From Candidatus Iainarchaeum sp. (GTDB lineage: Archaea > Iainarchaeota > Iainarchaeia > Iainarchaeales > CSSED10-239), in assembly GCA_028700115.1 (NCBI GenBank), contig JAQVTI010000022.1, forward strand, positions 1 through 6,935: a stretch of 6,935 bases of DNA. The letters run 5' to 3'. Below the pieces are notes generated by a model. The model saw only the letters and a program-made list of their open reading frames with translations. It was not told where the DNA came from and ran no database searches. Numbering within the stretch: position 1 is the stretch's first letter; each line of letters opens with the position of its first letter. A program made the position numbers and the translations under genes. Below are positions 6,443 to 6,935 of the stretch, piece by piece.

Positions 6443-6485
6443 AATAAGTTAGAGACTCGTGATCAAACAAACTCTCTAACTTATT
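6443..6485. repeat. Perfect 13-bp inverted repeat with 17-nt spacer (AATAAGTTAGAGA ... TCTCTAACTTATT)
   Basis: Arms at 6443-6455 and 6473-6485. Lies between the ATPase 3' end and the small membrane-peptide gene. Possible terminator or structured RNA. Confidence 0.6.
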
Positions 6486-6563
6486 CTAGCATATTTACGG
6501 ATTTGAACCGCTTTCTAATATTTAAATATTAAAATTGACCTTATCTCATATGCATAATTTCTT

Positions 6564-6935
6564 TTATTTAATATCACCCTTTTGCAAATTCTCTAAATTT
6601 TGTAATGAATATGATCCTTCAAAATATTTTTTATAAACACTCACATCTTTTCTTTCATTAAAATTAGCCAATGTAAAAAGAGAAGTGCTCTGATCTTTGT
6701 TCTTTTCTGTAAAATATATTTGATCATGCCTTAATCCAGAAACCTTGAAATTTAATAAATCATAACAATGAGTAGTATATATTACTTGTGCAGATTTATT
6801 TTGATCACCATTAATATATTCATTTAAAAAACAAACTAGCTTTGGATGTAAACTTGATTCAATTTCATCAATTACTAAAATTCCCCCTGCATTTATATGA
6901 TGAACTATAGCTGCAGCTTTTTCAATAAATTCAAT
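6564..6935 (-). CDS. C-terminal part of an AAA/SMC-like ATPase (AAA15/AAA_21 type), truncated by the window edge
   Basis: Manual translation: ...AAAIVHHINAGGILVIDEIESSLHPKLVCFLNEYINGDQNKSAQVIYTTHCYDLLNF...YKKYFEGSYSLQNLENLQKGDIK*. Walker B (ILVIDEIE), SSLHP and the IYTTH switch are present. Open for 123 codons to the edge. Confidence 0.85.
   Translation of the reverse strand: MEFIEKAAAIVHHINAGGILVIDEIESSLHPKLVCFLNEYINGDQNKSAQVIYTTHCYDLLNFKVSGLRHDQIYFTEKNKDQSTSLFTLANFNERKDVSVYKKYFEGSYSLQNLENLQKGDIK

Noticed and set aside
6516-6531. Perfect palindrome TAATATTTAAATATTA
   Set aside because: All-AT 16-bp palindrome in very AT-rich DNA. Not informative on its own, and only considered as a degenerate anticodon stem of the tRNA-like remnant.

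Overview
AT-rich accessory region that looks like a defense or mobile island. On the minus strand (83..2440) is a two-gene unit. One gene encodes a 592-598 aa protein in which a C-terminal RNase HII/HIII-type catalytic domain is fused to a HEPN-like domain (RNELFH) and an N-terminal TBP-like segment. This layout resembles the RnlA/LsoA toxin joined to an RNase H. The other gene encodes a separate HEPN-like protein (RVSITH). On the plus strand are an uncharacterised 231 aa protein (2609..3304) and a zinc-ribbon (DUF2321-like) + TIGR02391/Ymh-like HEPN protein (RNPKAH, 3501..4259). On the minus strand are a class III nucleotidyl cyclase-domain protein (4326..5249), a 92 aa acidic/coiled-coil partner ORF (5273..5551), a 75 aa HNH nuclease, an 86 aa SNase-like nuclease, an unlisted 29 aa hydrophobic peptide (6230..6319) and the C-terminal end of an AAA/SMC-like ATPase running off the window (6564..6935). 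Three different proteins within about 4.2 kb carry the R-x4-H motif. The best candidates for undescribed biology are the TBP-like/HEPN/RNase HIII fusion with its HEPN neighbour, and the cyclase/coiled-coil pair, which lacks a recognisable Pycsar receptor. All family assignments come from motif reading, with no database search. The host (archaeal or bacterial) is not resolved.
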